DNA of 63,029 nucleotides from Candidatus Tantalella remota (GTDB lineage: Bacteria > Omnitrophota > Gorgyraeia > Tantalellales > Tantalellaceae): assembly GCA_030765685.1 (NCBI GenBank), contig JAVCCB010000085.1:1-63029 (forward strand). Reading direction: 5' to 3'. Positions within the stretch are counted from its first letter, which is position 1; each line of letters opens with the position of its first letter. Under the pieces are notes generated by a model. It was not told the origin of the DNA. It saw nothing but the letters and a program-made list of their open reading frames with translations, and ran no database searches. Below, in pieces: positions 37,012 through 47,384 of this stretch. The position numbers and the translations under genes were made by a program.

Positions 37012-38370
37012 ATGAGAATGGTCATTGTCGGTGCCGGAATGGTGGGTTACAGCCTGGCTGAATATTTCGCGGGCCTGAACCACAATATCACGGTGATCGA
37101 AAAAGATAAAGCGCTTTGCGAACACATCAACAACAAACTTGATGTGTTCGTCGTGGAAGGCGTCGGCTCGAGCCCGGCCGTCCTGGATGAAGCTGACATA
37201 AAATCCGCGGATCTTGTCATTGCCGTTACTCCCAGCGACGAGACGAATCTCCTCGTCTGTAACTTTGCCATGCAAAACGGCGTCAAAAAACGTATTGCCA
37301 GAGTAAAATCGAACCTTTACACGAAAAATACCCCGAACATCAGCCTGGAAGAACTCGGCGTCACCAGTGTTATAGAACCCGAACGCGAAGTAATGCAGCG
37401 GATCCTCCAGTACGTTGAACTTCCCGATGTCCTTGAAACCGCGAATTTTCAGTCTAACAATATATATCTTCGCGGGTACCGGATAACCGAGGACATGCCG
37501 ATCGCCCACAAGACTATCGCCGAAGTCCGGAAGATGGCCGACGATTCACCGCTACTTTTTGTCGTACTGGTACGCTCTGGAGAGTCCCTCCTCCCCAGAG
37601 GAGATCAGAAACTGCTTCCGGGAGATAAGATAGTCGCCATAATGCCCAAGGACTCTTTTAAGACGTTCCTTTCTCTTATAAACCGCAAAGCTTCAAAAAT
37701 GGGCAAGATCATAATCTCGGGGGACACCCTTACCGCCGTACATCTGGCGGAAGCGCTGCAACCCCTCTGTGATCAGGTAATACTCGCGGATCCGGATCTC
37801 GAACACGGCCGCGCGGCGGCAGCGGAACTCAACGGCGTAGAGGTTTTTCATATAGACAGCACCGACACCGACATGCTTGAAGAGATGAACATCAGCCATG
37901 CCGATTGTTTCATCGCCGCCGGAGGAGACGCCGAAGACAACATCATGTCCTGCCTTATGGCGAAGGTCGAAGGCGCGAAAATGGTCATCGCGCTGAGGGA
38001 GGATAACCGCTATGACCGCTTGTTCACCACACTCGGCATGGACCATATAATATGCCCGCAGGAGATTACCCTGAACGCAATAATAGAGAAGAGCCAGATG
38101 GTCTCTATCGGGGCACATCTGAAACTTAAAACTGCGGATGTTGAGATCCTGCGTATTAAAGTCCGTAAAGAAAGTCCCGCAGCGGGAAAATCGCTTCAGG
38201 ACCTGGATAAAATTTTTAAGAAATCCATTACCATAGGGTGTATTATCCAGGGTAATTCCGTTATCATCCCCCAAGGAGATACTGTTCTTAAAGAAAACGA
38301 CGAAGTTATGGTATTGAGCCGCAAGGAAAATATTAAACTGATAAACAAAGTTTTCAGGCCTAAGGACTGA
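37012..38370 (+). CDS. trkA: Trk K+ uptake NAD-binding subunit
   Basis: VGAGMVG and repeated RCK_N/RCK_C domains. Confidence 0.92.
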   Translation: MRMVIVGAGMVGYSLAEYFAGLNHNITVIEKDKALCEHINNKLDVFVVEGVGSSPAVLDEADIKSADLVIAVTPSDETNLLVCNFAMQNGVKKRIARVKSNLYTKNTPNISLEELGVTSVIEPEREVMQRILQYVELPDVLETANFQSNNIYLRGYRITEDMPIAHKTIAEVRKMADDSPLLFVVLVRSGESLLPRGDQKLLPGDKIVAIMPKDSFKTFLSLINRKASKMGKIIISGDTLTAVHLAEALQPLCDQVILADPDLEHGRAAAAELNGVEVFHIDSTDTDMLEEMNISHADCFIAAGGDAEDNIMSCLMAKVEGAKMVIALREDNRYDRLFTTLGMDHIICPQEITLNAIIEKSQMVSIGAHLKLKTADVEILRIKVRKESPAAGKSLQDLDKIFKKSITIGCIIQGNSVIIPQGDTVLKENDEVMVLSRKENIKLINKVFRPKD

Positions 38371-38393
38371 TCGACATACCTCTATAATATCCC

Positions 38394-39998
38394 ATGAACA
38401 CGCGCTTTATTACATATTCTGTAGGCAAGCTCCTTGAGATACTCGCCCTGGTACTACTGATACCGGCGGGTATAGCTTTTTTTGAGATACCTACAAGGGT
38501 TTTTCCTGACGTCCTTTTAAACTACAAGCTCCTGGGTTTTCTCATCGCAATAGTTTCCTCCCTTATCTGCGGCAACTTCCTTAAGCTTATAGGAAGCAGA
38601 GAGCTCAAGGGGACCGGTATACGCGAAGGATTTGCGATCGTCACTTTCGGATGGATACTCCTGACCCTTTTCGGCGCAATACCCCTTTTCGTCTATTTTA
38701 TGTCACAGGTGGGCGAGGTAACTACGACTACTATAATACGCTCGTTCACCGACTCTTATTTTGAGATCATGAGCGGGTTCACCACCACGGGGGCAAGCAT
38801 ACTAACGGATATAGAGATACTGCCTCGCGGCATACTCTTCTGGCGCAGTTTGACCCACTGGCTCGGCGGTATGGGTATCGTGACACTGGCTCTGGCTATA
38901 CTTCCGGCTTTCGGCATAGCCAGTTACCAGATGTTCCGAGGCGAAGTCCCGGGACCGACTTCCGAAAGGCTTAAACCCCGCCTGGCTCAGACAGCCAAGA
39001 TCCTTTGGGGGGTATACGCCCTGCTCACACTGGCCGAAGTCGTACTTTTAAATGTCGGAGGTATGTCCGTTTTTGATTCACTGTGCCACTCTTTCGGGAC
39101 AATGGCGACCGGCGGGTTCTCTACAAAAAACGCGTCTATCGCGGCTTTTAACAGCGCTTATATTGACTGGGTAGTGATCATTTTCATGTTTTTCGCGGGG
39201 ATGAACTTTATTATCCATTACCAGGTCCTTTTCGGCAGAAAATTTAGCCTCGTCAAAAGTGACCGGGAGTTCAGGTTCTATGCCGGGGTGATCCTCTTGG
39301 CGATCCTGCTGGCTACCGTCGTCCTACAGACCCGTGGGCTCGCGCCGGAGGAACAGGTCGCCGGAAGTTTCCGAAGCCAGCCTATACCGGAAAACAGGAT
39401 AGCTGAAAAAATGGTAGCCCAGGAAGAAAAACTTGATTCGGTCCACGATACGGTCCGTTACGCGGCATTTCAGGTTGTCTCCATCACCACCACTACCGGA
39501 TATGTGACCGCCGATTCCGACATGTGGCCAAACATTATCCGTTTCATGCTGGTAATCCTTATGTTCTGCGGAGGGTGCGCCGGCTCTACCGGAGGCGGAA
39601 TGAAAATGATCAGGGTCATGGTAGGAATCAAGACATCATGGCGTGAGATAAAGACCCTGATACAGCCGCGGCTTATCTCCCCAATAAAGATAGCGGGAAA
39701 AGCGCTGAAAGAAAAACAGGTGGCTAATATCGTGGGTTTTATCGCGCTTTTTCTGGGATGTTTTGTGCTGTTTTCAGGAATTATGAGTTTTCTGATAAAT
39801 GATTTTACTACTGCTGTCACATCGGTTGTCGCGACCATGTGTAATATCGGCCCGGGACTTTCCGGTGTCGGTGCTACAGAGAACTATGCCTGGATACCGA
39901 TCTCCGGCAAATGGGTCCTCTCCCTGTGTATGCTTCTCGGAAGGCTTGAGATCTACACCGTCCTTATCGCCCTCGCTCCGATCTCCTGGAAAAAATAG
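38394..39998 (+). CDS. trkH: Trk K+ uptake membrane subunit
   Basis: MSGFTTTGAS, WLGGMGI, ATGGFS, TTTGY, GSTGGG, GRLEIY. Confidence 0.95.
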   Translation: MNTRFITYSVGKLLEILALVLLIPAGIAFFEIPTRVFPDVLLNYKLLGFLIAIVSSLICGNFLKLIGSRELKGTGIREGFAIVTFGWILLTLFGAIPLFVYFMSQVGEVTTTTIIRSFTDSYFEIMSGFTTTGASILTDIEILPRGILFWRSLTHWLGGMGIVTLALAILPAFGIASYQMFRGEVPGPTSERLKPRLAQTAKILWGVYALLTLAEVVLLNVGGMSVFDSLCHSFGTMATGGFSTKNASIAAFNSAYIDWVVIIFMFFAGMNFIIHYQVLFGRKFSLVKSDREFRFYAGVILLAILLATVVLQTRGLAPEEQVAGSFRSQPIPENRIAEKMVAQEEKLDSVHDTVRYAAFQVVSITTTTGYVTADSDMWPNIIRFMLVILMFCGGCAGSTGGGMKMIRVMVGIKTSWREIKTLIQPRLISPIKIAGKALKEKQVANIVGFIALFLGCFVLFSGIMSFLINDFTTAVTSVVATMCNIGPGLSGVGATENYAWIPISGKWVLSLCMLLGRLEIYTVLIALAPISWKK

Positions 39999-40019
39999 GC
40001 ACTGACTATGCCAGCAAAT

Positions 40020-40084
40020 AAGGTTGAGATCGAGCTTCAGGTTAAGCCGCGAATGCCTCTTTACCTCAACCTTAATCTTAACCT
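40020..40084. repeat. Hexamer-based inverted-repeat element (GGTTRA / TYAACC)
   Basis: AAGGTTGAG...CAGGTTAAG / CTCAACCTTAATCTTAACCT between convergent genes. Confidence 0.55.
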
Positions 40085-40090
40085 GCGCAA

Positions 40091-40546
40091 CTAGATATAA
40101 TCGGGTGAACTGAATTTCGTGAAGAGTCCCTTGTTGCTGTCGATAACTCTTCTTACCGGGATATGTTTCGGATGTGGCGCTCCGGTAAGCCATTTCCAGG
40201 CATACTCTATTTCGTCTGTCTTGAAATACCTTGTTTCCGCCTCGACAAAAACCGATTCGACAAGAATAGCGCTCATGACCGTGGACCATGAATGGGACCC
40301 GACGATCGCGATATACTCGATATCCTTCATATGCTTTTTGAGGAACTCAAAGATATCCCAGTCCGACTTCACGTTCACGCCATGCATTTCGGAGACATCC
40401 ACAAGAAGCCTCAGCCTTTTATTCGCTTGGGTGACAGCTTCATCCATCGCGGGAAGGAATTCTTCGATCTCCGCGGTGGACATCTTCCCTTTGATCGCGA
40501 AACCAAAAACACTCGTATGCTCATGATAAAGTTTTTCTATGCCCAT
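40091..40546 (-). CDS. SpoIIAA-like (STAS/SEC14) protein
   Basis: LRLLVDVSEM...IAIVG...RYFKTDEIEYAWKWL. Confidence 0.85.
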   Translation of the reverse strand: MGIEKLYHEHTSVFGFAIKGKMSTAEIEEFLPAMDEAVTQANKRLRLLVDVSEMHGVNVKSDWDIFEFLKKHMKDIEYIAIVGSHSWSTVMSAILVESVFVEAETRYFKTDEIEYAWKWLTGAPHPKHIPVRRVIDSNKGLFTKFSSPDYI

Positions 40547-40573
40547 GCTTTCTCCTTTTTCTGTACCGCTTCC

Positions 40574-41746
40574 CTATATCCGGGGAAATAAAATAGTCAC
40601 GGCCGTTCCCTTGTCCAGCTCGCTTTCGATCTTGATATCACATCTATGTATGTCGGCTATCTTTTTAACAATGGCCATTCCAAGACCCGTACCCCTATCG
40701 TACTGCTTCACGGCGTTATTCGACCTGAAATATTCGTCGAAGACCTTTTTGATATTATCTTTCGGTATCCCAACGCCCTGGTCCGCGACCTCCAGAAATA
40801 TCCGGCCATCTACGGCATCCCCTATGCCTATACATATTTCAGTATTGTCTTTAGAGTAGTTAATAGCGTTCTCCAGTATGTTGTTCACCAACATGACGAT
40901 CTGGTCTCTGTTGCAGACCACCTGATCTTTTTTAGCGGTATTCCCGTACTTGACCCTGATACTCCTGTGACCGAGAACCGTAGCCAAAGACTCCATCACC
41001 TGCGAAACGATCTCTTCCAGGCTTGTCTGCTGCATCTTCACATTTTCTTCAACACATGAGTTCAGGTTCGCCAAGCCAAGCATCTCCTTGATCGACATAG
41101 ATAGAAAATCGCATCTTTTCTTTATTTTGTCGACGATATTATACGCTCTTTCCGGAAGGTCTCCCGCGTACCCCTGCAGCAAGATGTCGGCGTAACTCTG
41201 TATCGCGGCGAAAGGAGCTTTCAGCTGGTGGGTGGAATGAAGGAGATATTTGGTCTTGGAATCATTGATCTCCTGAAGCTTTTCATTGAGTTCCTCGAAC
41301 TCATTCACCTTGTCCTGAAGCTCCACGTTTGCAGCTTCTATCTGCTCTGTTCTCTCGATTATCCGCTCTTCCAGCCTCTCCTTATACACTCCCAGCTCAT
41401 TCGTTACCTTCTGCTGGGACTCAAGAAAATAAAATATTATTTTAGTGGTATCAGCCCCGACCAGATTGATGGATGGATCTTTGCGGCGGTTGAGCTCTTC
41501 AAACACATCTGATCTCCCCGTGACTTCAAGTATGAGATCAAGGTCGGTATCGAAAAGTATCTTATCGATATCGTCCCAAGAGCATACAGAAAGGCCTGTT
41601 TTTTTCGCGAAAACGACACCTTCGGAATCGGGGTTAATATCGCATACATACTTTACCAGGACCCCGGGGATCTTTACAAAATCCTCGAGCAGAGCTTTTC
41701 CGCCCTTTCCGGCTCCTACTAATGCGATACAGGTATTGGTCAACAT
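40574..41746 (-). CDS. Histidine kinase with N-terminal NAD(P)-binding Rossmann domain
   Basis: IALVGAGKGG...VCDINPD; H-box THQLKAP; NILENAINY, DQGVGI, GTGLG. Confidence 0.88.
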   Translation of the reverse strand: MLTNTCIALVGAGKGGKALLEDFVKIPGVLVKYVCDINPDSEGVVFAKKTGLSVCSWDDIDKILFDTDLDLILEVTGRSDVFEELNRRKDPSINLVGADTTKIIFYFLESQQKVTNELGVYKERLEERIIERTEQIEAANVELQDKVNEFEELNEKLQEINDSKTKYLLHSTHQLKAPFAAIQSYADILLQGYAGDLPERAYNIVDKIKKRCDFLSMSIKEMLGLANLNSCVEENVKMQQTSLEEIVSQVMESLATVLGHRSIRVKYGNTAKKDQVVCNRDQIVMLVNNILENAINYSKDNTEICIGIGDAVDGRIFLEVADQGVGIPKDNIKKVFDEYFRSNNAVKQYDRGTGLGMAIVKKIADIHRCDIKIESELDKGTAVTILFPRI

Positions 41747-41772
41747 AAACGTTTTCTCCCGGAGAAACGGTC

Positions 41773-42165
41773 TTAGACCGTCAGTTTCGCCACTTTCTCC
41801 AGCAATGCTTCAGGCTGTATGGGCTTTTCTACGAACTCACTTACAGGCAGGTATTCCTCATCTCGGTCCCTGTTCGAAAAGCTGAACCCGTACTCGCCCT
41901 TTTCATTGACGGCGGAAAGCATCAGTATGGGGATCTCTTTCGTGCCGGCATTCCTAGACAGTTCTCTCGCCATTTCGAAACCCGCGCTGGGATTCTCGGG
42001 AAATATAACATCAAGGATAACGAGGTCGGCGTCGTACGACTTTACGTTCTCGATAAGCGACTCTTCGCTGGTCTGTGAAGATACTTCATACCCTTTTGAT
42101 TCCAGGACAATGGTCAACGCTTCAATGATATCTTTATCATCATCAACAATGTAGATCTTTTTCAT
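41773..42165 (-). CDS. Single-domain response regulator
   Basis: IVDDD, ILDV, MLSA, KP. Confidence 0.92.
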   Translation of the reverse strand: MKKIYIVDDDKDIIEALTIVLESKGYEVSSQTSEESLIENVKSYDADLVILDVIFPENPSAGFEMARELSRNAGTKEIPILMLSAVNEKGEYGFSFSNRDRDEEYLPVSEFVEKPIQPEALLEKVAKLTV

Positions 42166-42273
42166 CCTTTTTCCTCCTTGTATTTAAGGACCACTATAAA
42201 CTTCAATATATAAGTATAACACGTTATTAAAGAATCTCAAGAATGCGGGAGGATTTAGGAAAAGGGTACGCGC

Positions 42274-42332
42274 GGGGACAGGTCTAGACACAAAATCAGG
42301 GACGGGTCTGTTCTCGAAATGAGAAGCGTCTC
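42274..42332. repeat. Second copy of the GGGGACAGGTCTAG element
   Basis: GGGGACAGGTCTAGACACAAAATCAGGGACGGG versus 19505-19537. Confidence 0.75.
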
Positions 42333-42339
42333 TGAATAG

Positions 42340-42975
42340 TCATAGCTCAGAGTCTACGGAATGGCCCTCATTGGTCCAGCGGCTTATGCCGTCAAGTGTC
42401 TTCATCTCGGTACAGGCAAGAGTCATATCTGTGACCTCTCCCGTGACACCGGCTACCTCTACGATATTCCCGACTTTAAAAGGCTTGGTGAATATCAGCG
42501 TTGCACCAGCCGCATAATTTAAAAGAGGGCCCTGGATCGCGAAGCTGGCGCCGAAACCTATCACGCTGAGCGCGGCGATGAACGGCGCTATGGTTATACC
42601 GAATTTGCCCAGAGCTATAAGCGACGCGAAAACTATTATTATACCTTTGACTATAGATATGATGAACTTGATGACAAACGCGTCGACGCCCTTCTTTATG
42701 AGGTGCTTATCCAGAAAACGGGCGACGTGTTCCGCGACAAGCCATCCGAGAAAGATGACCAGAATACCGCCAAGTACCTGAAAACTGTATTTGACCAGGA
42801 ACTCCGCTATAAGATCGAACATCTTCTTAGCGGTACCGATCTCATGAGCGAACATATCTTCGATAGGATTTGTAGTATATGTTCCGGTTTGTGTAGTCTG
42901 AGCGGCGGCAAAACCCGCGACAGTAGATAAGAAAAAAGACGTGACTAAAAATGCTAGTTTCTTCAAAATTCCCAT
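42340..42975 (-). pseudogene. mscS: C-terminally truncated MscS mechanosensitive channel
   Basis: GASFAIQGPLLNYAAG, KPFKVG...TEMKTLDG, then unrelated residues and a stop at 211 aa, lacking the cytoplasmic cage domain. Confidence 0.7.
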
Positions 42976-43120
42976 TCCCCCCGATAAAAGAACTTACATT
43001 TAAATCAATACAAAGTCTTCCGATACTCATTATATATCTTCATGCAGAAATAATGCAAAGCCCCCACACACAGGGGTATTTATATTTTTTCGTTTTGGGA
43101 AAGAATAGTGAAATTTCTGG

Positions 43121-44626
43121 TCAAAAAGTATGTGAGTACTTTAGTGTGAACTGCTGGGTCTTCTGGAAAGAGTCTTCGACATGGCGCAGCGCGCGAGACC
43201 GGACAAAAACACCCGAAATATTGTCACCATCAGATATCTTCCACCTCAGCTCAACATAGATCACGTTGTGAAGCGACCTATTCTCTGCCTTATAGGATAT
43301 GGTATCGCTAAACATGGCTTTAAAACGCTTATCGAAAAACTCATGCCTTAGATACAAGGTCCCTGTGTGGATCTCGCTCCACCTCGGATTATAATACTCG
43401 TATTCGACAAGCGTGCCGTTTATCGTCTGATCTTTTCGAAGAGAGTCTACTCTCCTACACGTGTAGGAAATATCCATATACGGCTGCCCTTTTATTATAT
43501 GGAACACCGGAGACGCGCTTACGGAAATATTTGCGTTATCATTCGGGGTAAAACCTTTAGTATAATAGTTTCCCTTCACTATAGCATTGAAACTGAAGTG
43601 TTCTCCAAAATTGTAATATGCTCCGAACGACAGACCGTGACGATCCACATTCTGCAGTAGTATAGCCTTTTTAGCGTCTTCTCGGCTCTTCTCATACGCC
43701 AGATTAAAGCTCAGGTCCGGTCCTACACTCTGGAAAGCCCTCAAGTAGTAGTCCAGAACGACTGGTTCATGCATGCTGTAATATTTAAGTACCGTTCCGC
43801 CAAAAAGCGACAACCCTCCCTCGAAAGCCTTGCTTATCTCCATCGACCCAGCCTGGCGCACATAACGGTCTTCGCCCGGCTCTGTCCTCCTTTTGATGAC
43901 ATACTCAGTTTCCATTCTGTACCCATCATCAAGAGACAAGGAAACGCCGTATGTCTGGTTAAAATGTTTAGCGTCACCCTTGACCTTGTAAAAATCTATC
44001 TGGGCAAACGCCTGCGGGCTGATAAGACGGGTTATCTCATTGAGTTTGTTCTGGGCGTGTATATTCGCCGGATCAAGCTGAAGTACGTCCTCATAATACT
44101 CCCTGGCTTTCTCATAAAGGCTGGTGTGCAAAAATGTTTCGGCTTTTTTATTATACGCCTCGAGCTCTTCGGCGTGGGTATTTATCATGTCCAGCGTGTG
44201 GTTATGCTGGTTACGCTTGTCGTGGTGATCCGTGTTCGTCGAATGAAGATGCGCGAGCGCTTCTTTTGCCCTTGTCCTTTTGTGGTCCTTTTTGACTACG
44301 TCACTAAAAAGCGCCATGGCTTTATCCAGCTGGTCATCCCACATATATTGAAAAGCCAGGCTTTCTTCGGCATTGATATCATTTGGGGTAAGCTTAAGTA
44401 TCTCGCTATACTGCTCTATAGACTTCTCAAGATCGTCGTTTAGCATGAAAAGACGCGCGAGTTTTTTCCGACTCTCTGTGTCTCGGGGGTTGTCTCGGAT
44501 ATGCTCCTGGAGGGTCTTTATCTCTTTGCCGGGTACCGATTCCTCTGCTGCTACTGTAATTGACGCGGCAAAAAAGAAGATAAGAACTGCCGCGATATTT
44601 ATGTATTTTTTGTTTACCTCAAACAT
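43121..44626 (-). CDS. Exported TPR protein with probable C-terminal beta-barrel
   Basis: Signal peptide, several TPR-like repeats, alternating beta pattern ending LKYSHTF. Confidence 0.75.
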   Translation of the reverse strand: MFEVNKKYINIAAVLIFFFAASITVAAEESVPGKEIKTLQEHIRDNPRDTESRKKLARLFMLNDDLEKSIEQYSEILKLTPNDINAEESLAFQYMWDDQLDKAMALFSDVVKKDHKRTRAKEALAHLHSTNTDHHDKRNQHNHTLDMINTHAEELEAYNKKAETFLHTSLYEKAREYYEDVLQLDPANIHAQNKLNEITRLISPQAFAQIDFYKVKGDAKHFNQTYGVSLSLDDGYRMETEYVIKRRTEPGEDRYVRQAGSMEISKAFEGGLSLFGGTVLKYYSMHEPVVLDYYLRAFQSVGPDLSFNLAYEKSREDAKKAILLQNVDRHGLSFGAYYNFGEHFSFNAIVKGNYYTKGFTPNDNANISVSASPVFHIIKGQPYMDISYTCRRVDSLRKDQTINGTLVEYEYYNPRWSEIHTGTLYLRHEFFDKRFKAMFSDTISYKAENRSLHNVIYVELRWKISDGDNISGVFVRSRALRHVEDSFQKTQQFTLKYSHTF

Positions 44627-44646
44627 GCCTGCTGTTTTTATACGAT

Positions 44647-45963
44647 TTAATCGCGCCTTTCTGACTTATTTTTTATCCGACCTCTCCCTGTCTGCCATTC
44701 GTATTCCTTTTTGTCAGAGGTCGATCGCTTTTTCAGATATGCCTCTATTTTGTAAAAAACTTCTTCAGTGGATATGACCTGCATGCAAACATTGTCCCTG
44801 CATGGTGTTTTGCGGTGGTTCGCGGCGGTAACGCATGGTGAGCACGCGAGATTCGCGTATATCGCGGTCCCATTTCCCAGCGGGCCGTAACGGTCCGGCG
44901 TTTCCGGTCCGAACAGGATGAAAGTCGGCATGTCGGTGACCGACGAAAAATGTCCCGGGCCGGAATCGTTGGTCACCATAAGAGATGATACATCGTAAAG
45001 CACCGGCAAATCTGACAATCCCACTTTTCCGGCAAAATTCACGCATCGGGACTCTGAGACCATGTCCGCCAGGACCTGTATCTCCTCTCTCTCGGAAGAC
45101 GCTCCCGTCAAAAGGATCAGCGCGTTCCCGTCATATTCGAGTATTTTTTTGATAAGACCGGCAAACCTCTCAAGAGGCCAACGCCGCTGCGGCAGGAGAT
45201 CTCCAACATTGGCATTAATGAGAACTACCCGGTCATTTCCAGGATCGAATCCGGAATATGCTTCTTTTACATTCTCCAGTATCCGTTTTTTTTCGACGGC
45301 GTCCGGGTGGATCTTCTCAAGGATTATTTCCTCATCTTCCACCAAAGTCTTTGAATAAGGCACCTCTCCGTTGTCTGAGATAAGGGCATTGACCAGCGCC
45401 ATAAAATTCTTTGCTATGTGCATGTGAGGGTTATACGCCACCTTGTGCGTAAGCATATTCCCGCGATACAGCCCTTCATCGTAAAAAGAAAAGAATCCGA
45501 CCCTGTTCCGCGCGCCAGAAAATCCCGTAAGAATAGCGGTGACCCTCGCGAAAAGCTCCAGGTCTACAACAGTATCTATCCCCCTTTTTCTTGTCCAGAA
45601 AAAGAATTTTATACTGTCCGCGAGAAGCGTCCATATGTTTGTATCCCGGATCGTGAAGATGTTATCCTCACCGACGGTGTTCAGGAGAAAAAGGCTTTCC
45701 CTGTTCTTTGAAAATATACAGAAAAAGAGTTCCGCGGAAAAAGCTTTGCGGACTTTCCTCATAGCTGGGTCGGCAAGTATAGTGCTCCCCATCTCCGACA
45801 GTTCCAGGAATAATATCTTTTTAGGTTTTGCCTCGATTTTAGGCAAAAAGAGCGAAAACACCCTTAGTACCCCCGTAAAAACGAAGGTAAGCGGTACCCC
45901 GCAATAGCGGTCTATGTTTCGCATGTGGTTAATATTCATAGCAAACTTCTTATTCCGCACCAT
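44647..45963 (-). CDS. Glycosyltransferase family 9 (heptosyltransferase-like)
   Basis: LSEMGS, RRWP, VTNDSGPGH, LFGPE. Confidence 0.9.
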   Translation of the reverse strand: MVRNKKFAMNINHMRNIDRYCGVPLTFVFTGVLRVFSLFLPKIEAKPKKILFLELSEMGSTILADPAMRKVRKAFSAELFFCIFSKNRESLFLLNTVGEDNIFTIRDTNIWTLLADSIKFFFWTRKRGIDTVVDLELFARVTAILTGFSGARNRVGFFSFYDEGLYRGNMLTHKVAYNPHMHIAKNFMALVNALISDNGEVPYSKTLVEDEEIILEKIHPDAVEKKRILENVKEAYSGFDPGNDRVVLINANVGDLLPQRRWPLERFAGLIKKILEYDGNALILLTGASSEREEIQVLADMVSESRCVNFAGKVGLSDLPVLYDVSSLMVTNDSGPGHFSSVTDMPTFILFGPETPDRYGPLGNGTAIYANLACSPCVTAANHRKTPCRDNVCMQVISTEEVFYKIEAYLKKRSTSDKKEYEWQTGRGRIKNKSERRD

Positions 45964-45993
45964 CCGGGCACAGGAACCGAAGTCGTTCCTACT

Positions 45994-47214
45994 CTACCGG
46001 CGGCGGCGCGGAATGGTTTTCCCTCCACGACCCGTTGAACCCCGCCTGCTCTGAAATATTGTCTGGGGCTTGTGAAATTTCTCGCCCGGGAGCTCGGGAT
46101 GTTCCAAGATGGGCAAGGCCGTTTTGATGTGGTTTTCAATATTTTTTATGTCCCTCCCCTGGTCCGGAGTAGCGAACGATATCGCGCGCCCTTTATGCCC
46201 GGCGCGGCCCGTGCGGCCGATCCTGTGAACATAATTCTCCGTATCGTCCGGAAGGTCGTAATTAATGACCGTTTCTATCCCGACGACGTCTATTCCCCTG
46301 GCCGCTATATCCGTCGCGACAAGTACCCTGTATTTACCTGTCTTAAACCCCTCCAGAGCTTCCCTTCTCTGACCGAGCGTACGGTCCGAATGTATCTCCG
46401 CCGCGTTGTGGCCCATTTCCTTGATCATGCGCTTGATCTTCGCCGCGCCCCTTTTTGTCCTGGAAAAAAGCAGCACCGGCCCGCGGTACTGGTCGAGCAG
46501 TTTTGAGAGCAGCTTCTTCTTGGATTCTCTTTTAACGATACATAACTCCTGCACGATACGTTCGGCGGCTGTGCCTGAGGGCGCCACCTCTACGTGGACG
46601 GGAAGCTTCATATGTGTGGTGCCTATCGATACGACTTCACCTGGTATTGTAGCCGAAAAAAGCATCGTCTGCCTTTTTCTGGGGATGACCTTGAGTATGC
46701 GTTCTATATCCGGCTTGAATCCCATATCCAGCATCCTGTCGGCTTCATCCAGGATAAGGACCTCGACATCATTCAGTTTCATCGTCTTCTGGGTCAAGTG
46801 ATCCACAAGCCTGCCCGGCGTGGCAATAATGATCCGCGGGTTCTTTTTCAGGGTCTTCAGCTGCCTCGGCATCGGAACTCCCCCTATGATAACCACGGTA
46901 TTCAATCCGAATTTGGGCGCTATCTTTTTGAATGTCTCGTCCACCTGTATGGCAAGTTCCCTTGTCGGAACTATCACCAGACACTTCCCCTCACTACGGG
47001 AAAGACGCTGAACAACAGGGATAGCGAACGCCAGGGTCTTTCCCGTGCCGGTCTGCGCCACGCCTATAACGTCGGTGCCATCTATCGCGATGGGGATCGC
47101 TTTATGCTGTATCGGGGTCGGATTAGTAAACTTCAGCCGGTCCAACGCTTCAATTATTTTCGGGGCTATTCCCAGCCCGTCAAAAGTAACATCCTTCTTC
47201 TTTTTCCCCCCCAT
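45994..47214 (-). CDS. DEAD-box RNA helicase
   Basis: AQTGTGKT, PTRELA, DEADRM, SAT, HRIGRTGRAG. Confidence 0.97.
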   Translation of the reverse strand: MGGKKKKDVTFDGLGIAPKIIEALDRLKFTNPTPIQHKAIPIAIDGTDVIGVAQTGTGKTLAFAIPVVQRLSRSEGKCLVIVPTRELAIQVDETFKKIAPKFGLNTVVIIGGVPMPRQLKTLKKNPRIIIATPGRLVDHLTQKTMKLNDVEVLILDEADRMLDMGFKPDIERILKVIPRKRQTMLFSATIPGEVVSIGTTHMKLPVHVEVAPSGTAAERIVQELCIVKRESKKKLLSKLLDQYRGPVLLFSRTKRGAAKIKRMIKEMGHNAAEIHSDRTLGQRREALEGFKTGKYRVLVATDIAARGIDVVGIETVINYDLPDDTENYVHRIGRTGRAGHKGRAISFATPDQGRDIKNIENHIKTALPILEHPELPGEKFHKPQTIFQSRRGSTGRGGKTIPRRRR

Positions 47215-47384
47215 GATCTTTCAACTCCTTATTATTTTAATTAAATATTGTACGTTCCTCTTTTTACCACAAATCTGCTTTTATTCTACACCAAAACCCT
47301 CGCAAAAGCTTCATGTTTAATTTCGAGGCGGTACGGAGCTTGTGGAACTATTGTCATTAAGGCCAGAGTGCGTTATACTCTAAC

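Noticed and set aside
42842-43259. Short ORFs between mscS and the TPR gene
   Set aside because: They overlap real genes or promoter DNA and have low-complexity translations.
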